A DNA stretch of 64,000 nucleotides from the human T2T-CHM13v2.0 reference genome, Homo sapiens. Below are positions 12,810-26,644 of the stretch, piece after piece. Numbering within the stretch: the first letter of the stretch is position 1; each line of letters begins with the position of its first letter. The notes under the pieces were generated by a model. That model did no database searches. It worked only from the letters and a program-made list of their open reading frames with translations, and was not told where the DNA came from. The DNA is taken from the NCBI RefSeq assembly GCF_009914755.1, contig NC_060948.1. One strand, 5' to 3'. Position numbers and translations under genes: made by a program.

Positions 12810-14340
12810 GTAATCTATTGCTACATTAAAACATCCCCTTAAAACTTAGCAACTTAATTATTGACATCACAGGTTCTGTGTGTCAGGAATCCAGGAGCAG
12901 ATGAGCTGAGTCCTCTGGCATAGGGACTCCTATAAAGTTGCAATTAAATGTCATCTGATATCAGGGGAACCCACCCCCCATATTTCAACGTAGTTTCTTT
13001 CTATTTTTGGTTAAGTGTCGGCCAGCTGAGAAATAAAGAGAAAGAATACAAAGAGAGGAATTTTACAGCTGGGCCACAGGGGTGACATAACGTGTTGGTA
13101 GTATGGTGATGTCCGCCTGAGCCTCAAAAGTAGCAAATTTTTATTAAGGAATTCAAAAGGGGAGGTGGTGTACGAACATGGAGTAGGTACAAAGATCACA
13201 TGCTTAAAAGGCAAAAAAGCAGAACAATGATCACATGCTTCTGAGGAAACAGGACAAGGGCAAAGCAGAACTCCTCATAAAGGTATATGTTCGACAGTAC
13301 ACATATTGTCTTGATAAAAATCTTAAACAACAGAAAAAAGTGTTCCAGAGCAGAAAACCTGTCTGACCACAAATTTACCAGGGTGGAGTTTCCAACCCTA
13401 ATAAGCCTGAGGGTACTGCAGGAGACCAGGGCGTATCTCAGTCTTTATCTCAACTGCATAGGACAGGCATTCCCAGGGCAGCCATTTATAGACCTCCCCC
13501 CAGGAATGCATTTCTTTCCCAGAGTTTTAATATTAATATTCCTTGCTAGGAAAAGAATTTAGTGATACCTTCCCTACTTGCACATCCATTTATAGGTTCT
13601 CTGCAAGAAGAAAAATATGGCTCCTTTTGCCCAACCCCTCAGGCACTCAAACCTTATAACCATAAGGTCTTCCCTTGTTCCCTAAAGTTTTCTATTATTC
13701 TGTTCCTTTTCAAGGTGCACTGTTTTCATTTGTTCAAACTCACATGTTTTACAATCAATTTGTACAGTTAACACAATTATCACAGTGGTCCTGAGATGAT
13801 GTATATCCTCAGTTTATGAAGATAAAGGGATTAAGAGATTAAAGACAGTCATAAGAAATTATAAAATTATTATTTGGGAACTGATAATTGTCCATGAAAT
13901 CTTCATAATTTAAGTTCCTCTGCTGCAGCTCCAGCTAGTCCCTCCATTTGGGGTCCCTGACTTCCTACAACAATCTGAGTCTGGGGTTTTATGTGAAAAC
14001 TTGACTGGACAAGAGTCTGCTTCCAGGCACACTGATGTTGCTTTTTGCCAATCTCAGTTCTTTACTAGCTGTTGTCCAGAGATGGCAATTCTTTTACATG
14101 TGGTCTTTATTGTAGGACATCTCCAATGGTTACAAAAGGTGTCCCTCAGAGGAAGCAGGTGAATGGTGATTCACAAGATAAAATTCTAATCTCAGTAGTG
14201 ATGGCCCATTTTTTGCTGTATTCTGGTAGAAGTAACTTCCTTGGTGCAATCCAAGCTGAAGGGAAGGACCTGCATGAGGTTGTAAATTTCGCAAGTGGAA
14301 AATAATTTGGGGACCCTCATAGATGCTGCTTATCATAACA
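12810..14340 (-). mobile_element. MLT1 (F/G-like) MaLR LTR split by MER11
   Basis: ctattgctaca...aaaacttagc...tcacaggttctgtgtgtcaggaatcc (to 12958); resumes 13979 ...gactggacaagagtctgcttcc...tttggggaccctcatagatgctgcttatcataaca. Confidence 0.75.
12959..13972 (-). mobile_element. MER11 solo LTR (HERV-K11/HML-8)
   Basis: Minus strand starts tgttgtaggaagtcagggacccc and ends ggttcccctgata; perfect 6-bp TSD atctga at 12953-12958 and 13973-13978. Confidence 0.9.
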
Positions 14341-14374
14341 ACTAGTGAATATTTGTTTCTTGTGGGGAGGGCAG

Positions 14375-14765
14375 AGTTATGTATATAAATTTGGGGGTAC
14401 AAATGAAATTACATGCATAGACTGTATAATTGTCAAGTTAGAACTTTTTGAGTATCCATCACCTGAGTAATGAACATTGTACCATTAAATAAGTTTTATC
14501 ATTCATCTCCCTTCCATCCACTCACCCTGCCAAGTCTCCATTGTCTATCATTCTATTGTCTAAGTTCATCTGTACCCATTTTTAGCACCTACTTATGAAT
14601 AAGAACATGTGCTATTTGTCTTTCTGTGTCTAGCTTGTTTCACTTCAGCTAACAAACTCCATGATCCTGTTTCCATCCATGTTAATGCAAACAACATAGT
14701 TTCATTATTTTTGTGGCTGAATAGTACTGCATTCTATATATATATATACCAGGTTTTGTTTATCC
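14375..14765 (-). mobile_element. L1MA/L1PB 3' end
   Basis: tttgggggtacaa...gtatccatcacctgagtaatg...tttagcacctacttatgaataagaacatg...ggctgaatagtac. Confidence 0.8.
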
Positions 14766-14800
14766 TATATTTGTAAATATTTATGTATGGATGTGATTGT

Positions 14801-15148
14801 TGTATTAGTCTCTTCTTATGCCACTAATAAAGACATACACGAGACTGGGTAATTTATAAAGGAAAGAGGTTTAATAGACTTACAGATCCATGTGCCTGGG
14901 GAGGCCTCAAAATAATGGCAGAAGATCATGAGGAGCAAAGTCATGTTTTACATAGTGGCAGGCAAGAGAGCTTGTGCAGGAGAACTCCCATTTATAAAAC
15001 TATCAGATTTCATGAGACTTATTCACTACCATGAGAACAGGAAACTATGACTACGATTCAACTATCTCCACCTGGCCCTGTGCTTGACACATGGAGATGA
15101 TTACAACTTGAGGTGAGGTTTGGGTGGGGACACAGCCAAACCATATCA
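14801..15148 (-). mobile_element. THE1 (B/C-like) solo LTR
   Basis: Termini tgtattagtc...ggggacacagccaaaccatatca. Confidence 0.92.
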
Positions 15149-15210
15149 GTCATTTAGAGATAAAAACATACAAAGTGTGTGTGTGTATGTGTGTTTAATA
15201 TGAATTCATA

Positions 15211-15732
15211 TTGTAGGTTGCCAATCCATGATCCATTTAATCTTCTTTTTAATGTCACCCATATTTTTATTTAGTATCCACCATTTATCCACATTGGCCA
15301 CATACCTCAATAGAGGCTAAACCTGACCCTAGTGCTCTGCTGAATCTCAGTTTGTTTAAACTGGTCAGCACATGGAGGACATAAGACCCAAGTAGTCCAA
15401 TTGGAACTAATATTGGGATTATGGCTCATCATGCATAGGTAGGAGCACTTCTCTTCTATGAACACAGTGACGTGTGCTTGTGATAGCTGGTATGCAACAG
15501 CCACTTTGGCAGTATGAAAGAGAGCAGGCTGAAAATGCAGCCAACTCCCTGCAAAAGGAAGACCAAAAGAATTTCACAAAAAAATGGAGAAGAAGTTATT
15601 AGTTAAATCAACCCTCAAAATTGTCCTACATCTGAATTTCAGCTACATGCATCAACATACATTGCTTTTTTAAAAGTCAGTTGGAGTAATATTTTTCCAT
15701 ATTTCTTTCCATCCAAAATTGTCTTACTAATG
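15211..15732 (+). mobile_element. Old MLT1 (J/K-like) LTR
   Basis: cagccactttggcagtatgaaagagagcaggctgaaaatgcagccaac...ttcagctacatg...aagtcagttggagt...ctaatga. Confidence 0.5.
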
Positions 15733-16129
15733 AATAATGTTGTAAGAAGTGGTTTGCCATAATTCACACATCTAATACGTTTAGCTGGTTGAATGAATGA
15801 TGAAGAGAGAAATAATTAAGAACTCCACTATTCTGAGATGTTAGTTTGATTATTATTAATAAGTAGTTACAAAACACTAGTTAAATTATCACCAATTATT
15901 TCTCAGGATGCAGTTTCTGGGCTATCAAGGTGTAGGGCAGCTGAAAGGCAAAATGTAGGGTGTTGGAGTGAATTAGCTACTTTCTGATGTTCTCAGCAAA
16001 CTTAAAATCAAGAGACAGGATTTTCCTAAAATTGGGCCATCTAAAATCAGAGGTGGGAAATACAGACTTTGTAAGAGAAGTCCATTATGCCTATCTAATA
16101 TAATTCAAAGTATCTTGAAAGATCCAAAT

Positions 16130-17440
16130 TCTCTCTCAACCCCAAGCTACAGTTTGCAATAGATGTCCACTACCATGCCCCCTTCAGTTCTGCCCCATCT
16201 GTTCTTTTGTCTTTTCTGAGTTAGAAATGAACCACTCTATTCTTCAAGCTACTGAGGTCAAAAATAGAGGGAGTCATCCCTATCTCATTTCTTTCTTACA
16301 AATTCTTCAGCCAGGGTCAAATCAAATCCAAACCTTGACCCCTTCTCCCCACATTCTCCATCCCAACCTGATCCAAGTCTTCGTCACTTCTATCCCAGGT
16401 CGTGCAGGCAACCTGCCGACGGCAGCTTATTGACAACTCAGCAGGCAGGTGGGTTTTTTGCAAATGTAGATCGTGGGACTGTGTCACTTTTCTGCTTAAA
16501 TCTCTTGAATGGTTTCTCATTTTGATCAAAATAAAAATTAAACTTCTAATTCTATAACCTTTCTGGTCTTATTCCAAATTCCTTGTGTTGCTCATTCTAG
16601 TCCAGCCATAAAATCTTCCATAGTCTTTTGTAACGTCATTAATTATATATAGCCTCCTGTTCTATGAATTAGCACTTGCTAATATTTTCAACCTGGGTTG
16701 CCATTTCCTATATATCTGCATGGTTGCCCTATTAGATGTGAATGATAAATTGTACCCCGATTTGTTTCAGGTCTCTATTTAAATGTCATCTAATTCAAAA
16801 TATTTTTCTTGGGTTCCTTTTCTAAAATAACAACTTCTTCCCCATCCACTGTCTAACTATGCCATTTTATCCTATGCCACTTTTCTCTGTATCTGTGATC
16901 ATCTCTAGATAGATGTTATATCTGTTGATATGGTTTGGCTGTGTCTCCACCCAAACTCATCTTGAGTTGTAGTTCCCATAATCTCCACATGGCATGGGAG
17001 GGAACCTGTGGGAGGTAATTAAATCATGGCTGCAATTACCTCTATGCTGTTCTTGTGACAGTGATTTCTCATGAGATCTGAAGGTTTTATAAGGGGCTTT
17101 TCCCCCTTTTGATTTGCATTTCTTGCTGGTGCCATGTGAAGAAGGCTATGTGTCCTTCCCCTTCTGCCACTATTGTAAGTTTCCTGAGGCTTCCCCATTC
17201 CTGCAGAACTGGGAGTCAATTAAACCTCTTTCCTTTATAAATTATCCAGTCTTGAGTATTTCCTCATAGCAGTGTAAGAACTAACTAATACATCTGTTCA
17301 TTTGTTTTCAAATATGTGATTCCCCCAGCAGCATGGGTGATGTTATGACAAAGATTGTGTCTTATTTTCTCTTATTTCTCCAGCACAGGGAATAGAGCTT
17401 TTGATATACTTTGGCACTCAAAAATATTTTTAAGTAAAGA
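16130..17440 (+). mobile_element. L2 (L2a-like) split by THE1
   Basis: gaggtcaaaaatagagggagtcatcc...aaatgtagatc...tgtcacttttctgcttaaatctctt...ggcactcaaaaatattt terminus. Confidence 0.7.
16926..17292 (+). mobile_element. THE1 (C/D-like) solo LTR
   Basis: tgatatggtttggctgtgtc...actaataca; perfect 5-bp TSD tctgt at 16921-16925 and 17293-17297. Confidence 0.95.
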
Positions 17441-17557
17441 AAAATTTTCTAAATCTCAGTATCCACTTCTCCAAACATCTTACACAAAAAGGAAGGTCAT
17501 TCTAACACTCTTTTCCAAATGAATAGCTCTTACTCATATTGTGTGCCAACCAGATCC

Positions 17558-18035
17558 TGTGGAGAGGTGAAAGTTCTAAGGCACCTGGAAAGGACAGCTT
17601 CCACAGGTCACTTGCAAGCAAATTCTTTGCAGGCCTCCCAGAAACAAGGACATGCCAATCATAACTTCAGTATACAATCAATCAAAATCTAGCTCCTAAC
17701 ACTACACATTGATAATGTTCACTACAAGCTTACCTCCCAGATGCAAAGTCAAGACTTTTTCCTCCACCTATGCAGAGATGTCTGCATAATTGACTCTTCC
17801 TTTCCAACATTATCCATTCAGACTTCCACCTCAGCATACGGAATATGTAGTATTTGTCTAACCTCCTACCTGCCCCTCTTCCTCCATTCCTCCACACCTT
17901 TAAGGAAATGTATAAATACTAAACTTCCCGAAAACTTCTTTGGAAAAACAGCCACAGATGTGTCTGTGGCTCGTGTTTTTCCCAGACATTCCCCCAGAGA
18001 TTGAGATGTATGCCCATCACTCATGTTATTCGTCA
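17558..18035 (+). mobile_element. ERV1 MER4-group solo LTR (subfamily uncertain)
   Basis: TG...CA termini; aacaaggacatgccaat, ttaaggaaatgtataaatactaaac (TATA), ggaaaaacagccacagatgtgtctgtggctcgtgtttttccc. Confidence 0.65.
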
Positions 18036-18149
18036 GGAGAAGAAGCAGCTGTTGATGCCTTTATTAGAGAAAATGTTGACACAGAAAACAAACCTGTCCC
18101 AATATACCAGTGCATATTCAACTTAGTACAGGTTATAACATGGGAGGGG

Positions 18150-18203
18150 GATGTTTAAAGCTCTGCAGGTGATTTGAATAACAGCTGAGGTTGAGAATCA
18201 CTA
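18150..18203. mobile_element. MER5A terminal fragment
   Basis: tttaaagctctgcaggtgatt...cagctgaggttgagaatcact. Confidence 0.55.
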
Positions 18204-18957
18204 CAAAATGTTCTCTCCCTGCCAAGGAATATGACCAAGTTCTTTGTGATGTAACAGGCTGGATAAAGAACTGGGCTCAGGGAAGAGTATTCCACTGGAG
18301 AATCTCATTTCAAATTTTCCAGAGTCTGGAGTCAATATTAGTATTGACCATCATTCAACAGAATGGTTGGAGTATTGGGTAGTCTATGCACACCCACAGA
18401 GAATTGCATCTAAGAGATGGAGATTCTGAGACTCAACAATCATGAAGAGATCTCCTCTATTTTCAGCCCTTTGGGTGACTTGAAACATGCTAGACTTAAG
18501 GTAATTGTGTCACAAAAGTATGACCAAGCTTTGCCAGCACCCCTCTTCATTGGCAGCTCAAGATTTAAGATGGTCATCTCTTTACTCTTTCCACATCTAG
18601 TATCCCATACTTCCAGTCTTATTTCCCAATATCCTCTTCCCAAAGGGACATGCAAATTGCAGTTCTCTTTTTTCCTCCCCACTTTGGCCTATAGAAAGAC
18701 CTAATTGCCCACTTACAATGTATAGCATTGACCTTGCCACCTGACATTTACCAACATTGTCCATTACTTTTATTTCATTTCATTCCAATTATGAAAAATA
18801 GATTAAGAGATGGCATTGTTTTGATTTTGCTTTTCTTGAATAGTTGAGATAGTGAACAGCTGATAGACTTATTTGCCTGTTTCTTACTTTTTGATCCCAC
18901 TTTTATTAAGACTTTTATTTGCTATGGAGTTACTAAAGCCTTCTTTCTTCCATTTTA

Positions 18958-19066
18958 CTTTTATATTTTTGTAGAGACAAGGTCTCACTATGTTGCCCAG
19001 GTTCTCAAACTCATGGCCTCAAGTAATACTCCTGCTTGACCTACCAAATCACTGGCATTATAGGCT
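18958..19066 (-). mobile_element. FLAM / Alu left monomer
   Basis: tttttgtagagacaaggtctcactatgttgcccagg...ctcaagtaatactcctgc...ggcattataggc. Confidence 0.8.
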
Positions 19067-19664
19067 TTATCAAAGAAGATCAAGCCTGGCCAAAGTAGAG
19101 ACCTCTTTCTATCAGCCAATGTGGGGTATTGTTATAGAGCCAGAGCATCTGGTCACTGTTATGTAATGGTTTGTCTGTCTTATGAGGCACAAGACTAGCA
19201 AAAATGTGTGGCCATGTTTGCATTCCCTGAGTAACAAGCAAGCAAGTTCTTTTATGCTCTTTCGCTATAAATGACTTCAAAGATTTATTTGGAAACTTGG
19301 AATGATACTTGCCTGAGTAAAGGCCTAAACGCATTTTACATAATATGAGCTGGCACTCACTTGCCCAGCAAAAGCTATGGAAAGATTCATATCAGTTGCT
19401 TTTGGAAAAGTTGTCCTCATATTCTCTTGGAGGGTCTAGGTGGAAGGCCAATATCCGCCTCTTTGTCATTTGCACAGTCATCAATATTCAGTGAGCCATA
19501 CAATTGGAAGGAGTGTAGAAGCTTCAGATAATTAAAGTTTCTCATCTTCAGAGGGAAGGCTGAATGAACATATATTTTGTTGGGCAGTAACAACGGATAA
19601 GGACAAATAGAACATTTGACCAGTCTGTCCTTAGAAAATTAAAAACAAAAACTATGTATGATCC

Positions 19665-19821
19665 AGACTAATGGTAAATAACTTATATTCCATGGACCCA
19701 GACTGTTTTGTAATTAAAATGTTATTAGACCACAGCCATGCCCACCCACTTAGAGACTGTGGATACACATTTTTCCACTACCTGACTCTTTATAGAAAAA
19801 GTTTGCCAACTTCTTGTCTAG
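19665..19821. mobile_element. MER58A hAT MITE (internally deleted)
   Basis: ctgtttttgtaattaaaatgttattagaccacagccatgccc...ctttatagaaaaagtttgccaac. Confidence 0.7.
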
Positions 19822-21283
19822 ATGAGAAAGGGAAGAGATAGGTATAATGTTAGCAAACACTAAGGCAGAATTATATGTTGCAAATAGTTGTGCTGGTCCT
19901 CATTTTGCATTCATATTTGCATATGGATTATGTTGGTTGTAGTATATTGGTACATTTTATATAGTTTATAAATCTACAAATATATAAACGACTTTATACA
20001 GTTTATCAACCTGTAAATCTTTACAATGATGGGTTCTTTCTATGGTTTTATAGCTAAGAAAGTTTATTCTAAACATGGAATTAGATAATATTAATGTTTG
20101 TTATTTTATGCTTGTATTGGAGCTTTCTCTTCTTTGTTTATGTGACTTAGGAAAAAACATTTTAGACATGCAAAATATACATAGAAAATTTTTATATCTA
20201 AGGGTCACCAGCATTATGAAATGAGCTAGGAAGATTTTACATTTACATTTTTGAAAGAGTTTATGAAGTTAATGTATTTTCTTTATTGAAATTTTACTAA
20301 ACTTCACCTATAAAACTGACCAGGCATAGTGCTTTTTGGAAGGGGCAGAACATATTTTTGACTGCTATTTCAACACAATGGAGTCCCTGGTCACAGTTAC
20401 CAAAATAGTCAAAGAATAGTCTATATCCATAGAACATTATGAGATGTGAAGACAGAAAACAGTAATGGAATGTCTGAGGTCCATGAGAGGTGGAAGAAAC
20501 ATGTCCTGTATATAATATCACATTTTCCATTCAATCTTGTGTGGTATATTGCAGTTACAAAGAGAAAGCTATATTGGAGTTTCACAGCTGGCCCTAACAG
20601 TTTAACCTTAGGGGATAGATTCTGAACAGTCCTAGTTTCTCTTAGCAAAATCAATTAATTCTCTGGACCAGATTTTTTGGGGTGGTACAATTGGTGGGTA
20701 AACAAAACCACACTACTCAGTTTAAACTTGTCTTCCTGACACAACTTAAAACTTAACAAATTTTTTTTATTATCAAACGCTTGCTAATGAGTATAATAAG
20801 CTGTTTGTCACATGGATGGCCCCAAGGATTGGATTGTTTCTAGGGTTATTTTGACATACAAATATGAAAAGAGGTGTCTTTAAATATTTCTCCCACCTAA
20901 AAATACATGTTTTCAGTCAGAAATTTCACACTGTAGAGTTGATTAATGATTAGCAAATACCATCAGTTCCCTATTCAAGAAATTTCAGGATAGGCGGTTG
21001 ATGCCAGTGAATGATATTTTGTGAGCAAACTTTCCACATTAATTAGGTGGTAGTGCTTTTACAATTTTACCATTTTTAATCTATCCTTGTAAAAAAGTTG
21101 ATGAGTAAGACACAGATTTGTTGTATATCATTTCATAGCAGGTGAGAGGTAAACATGGTAAGTAGAGTGTTTGCCATCAGATAACAAAAGACGGGCAATC
21201 CACTCCTGATTCCAGAAATATCAGACTGCTTCCTAAAGCAAAGAGACCATGAGAAAATTACCTTCTTTGGAAAGTAGCATTTC

Positions 21284-21373
21284 ATACAATACAATACAAT
21301 ACAATACAATACAATACAATACAATACAATACAATACAATACAGTACAATACAGTACAATACAGTACAATACA
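21284..21373. repeat. (TACAA)n/(TACAG)n pentanucleotide repeat
   Basis: Direct inspection. Confidence 0.97.
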
Positions 21374-22767
21374 GAAAAAAAGATCATTTTTGAATATTTT
21401 CCTGAAACATACTAAAAAAAAAAAAGTCTCCTGAACTTAGAAACCCTTCTCAGAAATAACCAGCTATCTAAACGAGATTTGCTATATAACTTGCGTATTT
21501 CTATGCCTTCTCTTTCACTCTTTGGCCTTCAAATACACATTTGTTGTTCTCAAATTCTATTGTCAATCTTAGGAAGACTGAAACAATAGGTAACAAGAAA
21601 ATGAAATATAATTTTGCATTTGAAATTCAGCAAGGTCTATCCATACTGTAATAGCTGCCTTCATTGTAATTAATATATCATATGGGTGATCACTGAAGAG
21701 ACAGAATTTAGTTATATGAAAATCACAGGAATCCCTATCTACTGCCTCAACTAGGGAGACTCAGTCTATGAAAGGGACTTTAAAAAAAGTCAGTTCTTAT
21801 TGTAGTATGTGGTGTGCTGTCAATCTTTTCTAGAGACACTGCTCTTTGGTCTAATAAAACATCGTATTTTATCTATTGTTCTTTGCCCATGTTTTAGTAA
21901 CAAATCATGAGGGCAATCCTATTGCTCCATTTAAACTTGCACCATATAATAAAACTACTTTCTTAGGGGGCACCCTGCGTTGGATATTGGATATATGAAT
22001 ATACCGTGCTCCAAGAGATTCAGACTTTGGATAATTCTGTCCTATCCTGGAAGTTAAAATGATGGTATCTCATTACAGAATCAGCTGTGACTGTAATGTG
22101 GCTTATTTAAAGGGGTCACTTATTCTTTGCATTTAGCAGAGTTCCTCACAGTCAGAGGCAAACCACCTACTTCCTGTGAATCAATACCATCGTATAAAAT
22201 TTTTAAAGCTCCCAATTTGTAACTCATCTTGTTCATTGTCATGTATAGATTAAGCAGACTTTGCTATCCATGACCCCAGTCCCTCCTTCATCCTGACGGT
22301 ATATTAAAGTCAGTTTCTGAAGCAAATGATCTGAGTTTAGAGTTGAAAAATTGCATCTTCATCCTAGATTTTACAAAAATTCATGGCAAGGTCATCATCC
22401 CTCAAGTCTTCCTGGAACAATGCTGTTTAGCAATTTTGGTCCCAAAGCCTTATTTGTTAAATCATTCAAAATATCAAAATTGTACTTTTGCTCCTAAGAC
22501 TTAAATTCTGGGAAGTGTACCAGGAGTCAGTTAGTCATAGTCATTTACAATTGCTAAATGATTTTATTTGAGAGTAAATCTGATAGCTTTGAGAAAACAT
22601 ACAAATGGAAATCCAGAGAAGAGACTTTGTACAGAAAAACAACTATTTCACAAGGAACTGTGCCTGATCAAATGATATTAAAGCAACTTGTCAATGAGAA
22701 TGTGCCTCTTTCCTTTCTTCTTTATGGGCTGCTTTAGAAATAGTTTCAGTTTAAGAATCAATTAGAT

Positions 22768-23120
22768 TGATTAGTCCATTTTCACACTGCTACTAAAGAT
22801 ATGCCTGAGAGTGGGTAAATTATAAGGAAAAAGAGGGTTAATGGACTCAAAATTCCACGTGGCTGAGGAGGCCTCACAATTATGGTGGAAGGTGAATGAA
22901 GAGGAAAGTCACATCTTACATGGTGGCAGGCAAGAGAGAATGAGTACCAAGTGAAAGGGCTTTCCCTTTATAAAACCATCAGATATCATGAGATTTATCC
23001 ACTACCATGAGAGCAGTATGGGGGGAACTGTACCCATGATTTAACTATCTCTCACCAATCCCTCCCTCAACACATGGGAATATGGTAGCTAAAATTCAAG
23101 ATGAGATTTGGGTAGGGACA
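22768..23120 (-). mobile_element. THE1B-like solo LTR, end clipped
   Basis: attagtccattttcacactgct...gaggcctcacaattatggtggaagg...gatgagatttgggtagggaca. Confidence 0.9.
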
Positions 23121-23247
23121 AAATGTCTTCTCATCCTCAAATTCAAATGTTGCTGTATCCAAATATTCCCTGTTTTTCTGGGTTCAAACCAAATGTCACT
23201 TCATTAAACACAGAGCCATAATTTTCTTTCAGAGATAATCTAATTTA

Positions 23248-23728
23248 GATACATGCACTTGTATGTTTATTGCAGTACTATTCACAGCAGCAAACACATG
23301 GAGTCAACCCAGGTTCCCGTCACTGGTGGATTAGGTAAAGAAAATGTGGTGCATATGGGCCATGGAATATTACATAGTCATAAAAAATAACAACATCATG
23401 TCCTTTGCAGCAACGTAGTTGTAGCTAGAGGTCATTATCCTAAGTCAATTAACAAAGGAATGGAAGACCAAATGCCACAGGTTTTCACTGATAAGTGGGA
23501 GCTAAACATTGGGTATTCATGGGCATAAAGATGGGAACAGTAGACACTGGTAGTTACTAAAATAGGGAAGGATGGAGGGTGGTGATAGTAAAAAAACTAG
23601 CTGTTGGGTACTCTGCTCAATACCTGGGTGGGGAGATCAATTGTACCCTAAGTATGCTATATATCCAGGTAACAAATCTGCATATGTATGCCCTGAATCA
23701 AAAAAAAAAGTTAAAATTACTGATAAAA
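23248..23728 (+). mobile_element. L1PA16/L1PB-like 3' end
   Basis: gatacatgcacttgtatgtttattgc...cataaagatgggaacagtagacactgg...gtaacaaatctgcatatgtatgccctgaatc plus A tail. Confidence 0.85.
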
Positions 23729-24524
23729 AGTAAACTTTTTTCTCTAAAATCCAATATGCTGCTATTTGTTTTTTGCAAATTACATGCTCCATACTTTATC
23801 TTGTATAACATCTTTTTGTGTGTTTGCTTTTTAATCTTAATTATATTGTCAGTTTCTATTTTTCATTTTAGAACTTCCAGGATATTGTACTGCATGCAAG
23901 AGGTACAAAGACAAATATCTGCTTAATGAATTCATAATTTCCCTCAATAGACCCTCACATATAAATTTGGATCAACCAGTAATTATCATGAAGTTTCTCA
24001 AATATCATCAGGCCATATAAATAATTGAAGAAGTCTACATCACAAAGAGTTCCTGCTATCATTATGCAAGCGCTCTCTCCCTGCAGTGATGAAATTACAC
24101 ACTTTAGATCAACCTAGGAGGAATTCAAACATTAGCAAATTCATGAGATGTGTTTCTGTTTTCACCTCAGCACTCAATTTAGCTGTGTCAGTATGGTCTT
24201 TGCTTGACTCACAATGCCATTACTTTATGCCATTTACAAGGCTGGTCACTCCATTTTGCAAAATGCTTGTGAAATATAGGCTTTCATGCAAAAGGCATTA
24301 ATAAGAGCAGAAGTCTTCATCTAAGACAAGCAATTTTAGTCCTTAACAGTAACAGGGTAAGCAATGGTTAACAAATTTGCTAATTGTTTTTCCATTCTTT
24401 GGAGCTTTATGTGATCTTTAATTAAAGATACTGTAATTAAGGGGAAAAAATGAATGGCCATTTTTCAATATTTATCTTCTTTTTGTTTCATTTCTCTTTT
24501 TTTCCTACAGTGAACCAAAACTAT

Positions 24525-24660
24525 GAAGGAAGGAAGGAAAGGAGGAAGGAAGGAAGGAAGGAAGGAGGGAAGGAGGGAAAGAAGGAAGGAAGGGAGGGAA
24601 GAAAGAAGGAAGAAAGGAAGGAAGGAAAGAAGGGAGGGAGAGAGGGAGCAGAAAGGACGA
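24525..24660. repeat. (GGAA)n / GA-rich polypurine tract
   Basis: Direct inspection. Confidence 0.95.
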
Positions 24661-24691
24661 AAAAGAGAAAACCGGGGCATACTTTCTTAAC

Positions 24692-24986
24692 TTTTTTTCT
24701 TTTTTGAAACAGGGTCTTATTCTATTACCCAGCTGGGTGCAGTGGCATAATCTCAGCTCACTGCAGGCTCAACCTCCTGGACTCAAGCTATCCTCCTGCT
24801 TCAGCCTCCCATGTAGCTGGGAATACAGGTGTGTATCATCATATCTTGCTGATTTTTGTATTTTTTTGCACAGACCGGGTCTCACCACATTGCCTAGGCT
24901 GGTTTTGAACTCCTGGACAGAAGTGATCTACCCACCTTGGCCTCCCAAAGAGCTGGTAATACTGGCAGGAGCTGCCAAGCCCAGTC
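24692..24986 (-). mobile_element. AluJ
   Basis: tgaaacagggtcttattct...ctcaacctcctggactcaagctatcctcc...gcccagtc. Confidence 0.9.
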
Positions 24987-25299
24987 AGGCTAAATTTAAA
25001 ATATGGTTCAGTTAGACTCTCTTTTGCACCACAAGTAAACTAGATAGTTTGTTAGCCTTTCTCACTAAGTAAATAACACATTCACGTGCTTGACACAATG
25101 CAAAAATCCTGGAAGTTATTCATGTATCAACGTTAAATCCCCCAAAACACCCCAGACACACTCAAATGCCCACATGCTGTCACTTCACCCAAGCTGCTAT
25201 TATGTCTTAAAGGGAGTTCCTAGTGGTCATAGCAGGGCTGTTTTCAAGCAGCTCCAGCAGTTATCAGCATTCAACTGTTAGGAATCCCCTGCTTCACTG

Positions 25300-25840
25300 G
25301 GCTTACCATAGAATGTAGGATGTAAACTAAGCTCCACTTTGAAGTCTATGAGGACTGTGTGACTGCCTTCTTTCCTACTTTTCACCCTAAGTCTAACCAT
25401 GTCTCCTTCACTGTGATCCTGCAACACCAACCTTCTCTCTCTCTTTCCTGAAACCATAAAGCTAATGCATACCTCAGGGCCTCTGATTCTTCCAGCCACT
25501 GGCTAGCTATCACAGCCCTCAGATCCTCCTGGGATGCCGTCTCCTTACCACTGAGTTTCAGGTACCATCTTCAATGACTGACTGACCTAAATTTTCCTTT
25601 GGAAATTTTTCTTTGTCTCTCCTTACCTGGGTTTATTTTCTTTAACTACATTCAGCTTATCTAAAAGAGGCTTGATCACATACTTTTCTGTTCATCTCTT
25701 GCTAGATAACTCCACATTCAGTAAAATATAAGATCTGTGAAAGTATAGACGTCCTCTGTTTTCTCATCATTGTGTCCTATTACCTAGAGGATGCTTGGAG
25801 CTTGGGTAGGGACATGCAGTGAATAATTGTTGAAATAATT
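25300..25840 (+). mobile_element. L2 3' region
   Basis: ctccttcactgtgatcctgcaacacc...acctcagggcct...gtgaataattgttgaaataatt terminus. Confidence 0.6.
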
Positions 25841-26019
25841 ATTTGCTTTCCCCTAGACTCCATTTAATTGTCATTGTGCCCATTTGTATGCATAAAGCAT
25901 TTATCTAAATACACATTCAAAACATGGTATCACTCTTGTAAGTCAGTTGAATGTGTATTGAGACATCGCCTACGAAATGTAAATAAATGCTGTTTGATTC
26001 TTCAGGGTTTCCTCACGCA

Positions 26020-26644
26020 AGAGCTAAAGGAAAACATCTCCCCTGAAGTTTTGCTGAATAATAAGCTCTCAAAAGGCAGATTAATTGCAAAAAAATGTAT
26101 ACAAATTTTATTAACATGTATGTGGGTTCATTCAGAATGAAAACCCAATGACACAGTGAAACCGTATTTTTTTTGCTTAGGTTCAATGAAGTATGGAGAG
26201 TTGTATAGAAATAGGATTGGATAAAAAGGGTCTGATCTTATGCTGATGATCTGATGGGGGAAACCTAGCCAGGTCTATCTGTCTAGATTCTTCTTGGGAT
26301 CTCTGAGGAGCTCTCTCTTTCTTTTAGGTGTGGGGGCAGGACCCTCTCTGGAACAAGGGTCTTAGGACCTACAGTCAGGCAAGGTACATCAGGTCATTTC
26401 TTCATGGCCAATTTTTACACCAAAAGGTGGGTGTGAGTAGACTCATTTATTTAGGCTTTATGGCTGGCTGTGGGGAAAAGGGATTCTGGTTTCCAGAGCA
26501 TGCCTTGAGGAAGAGGGATTAAGGTTTCAATGGCACCTCAGGAGAGAATGGAACTGAGAGACAGGAGGGCAGGAGAAAAACTTTTGCTTTTGCAGCTGTT
26601 GCTGAGGTCTGCGTGTAGGGGTATTGTTTGCTGATCCCTAGACA
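26020..26644 (-). mobile_element. MER39-family ERV1 solo LTR
   Basis: aaaaggcagattaatt...ggggcaggaccctctctggaa...gagagacaggagggcaggagaaaaacttttgc...ggggtattgttt. Confidence 0.75.

Noticed and set aside
21955-22070. Possible exon after a polypyrimidine-AG (actactttcttag|gggg)
   Set aside because: No recognisable protein similarity or convincing donor; such acceptor-like motifs are common by chance.
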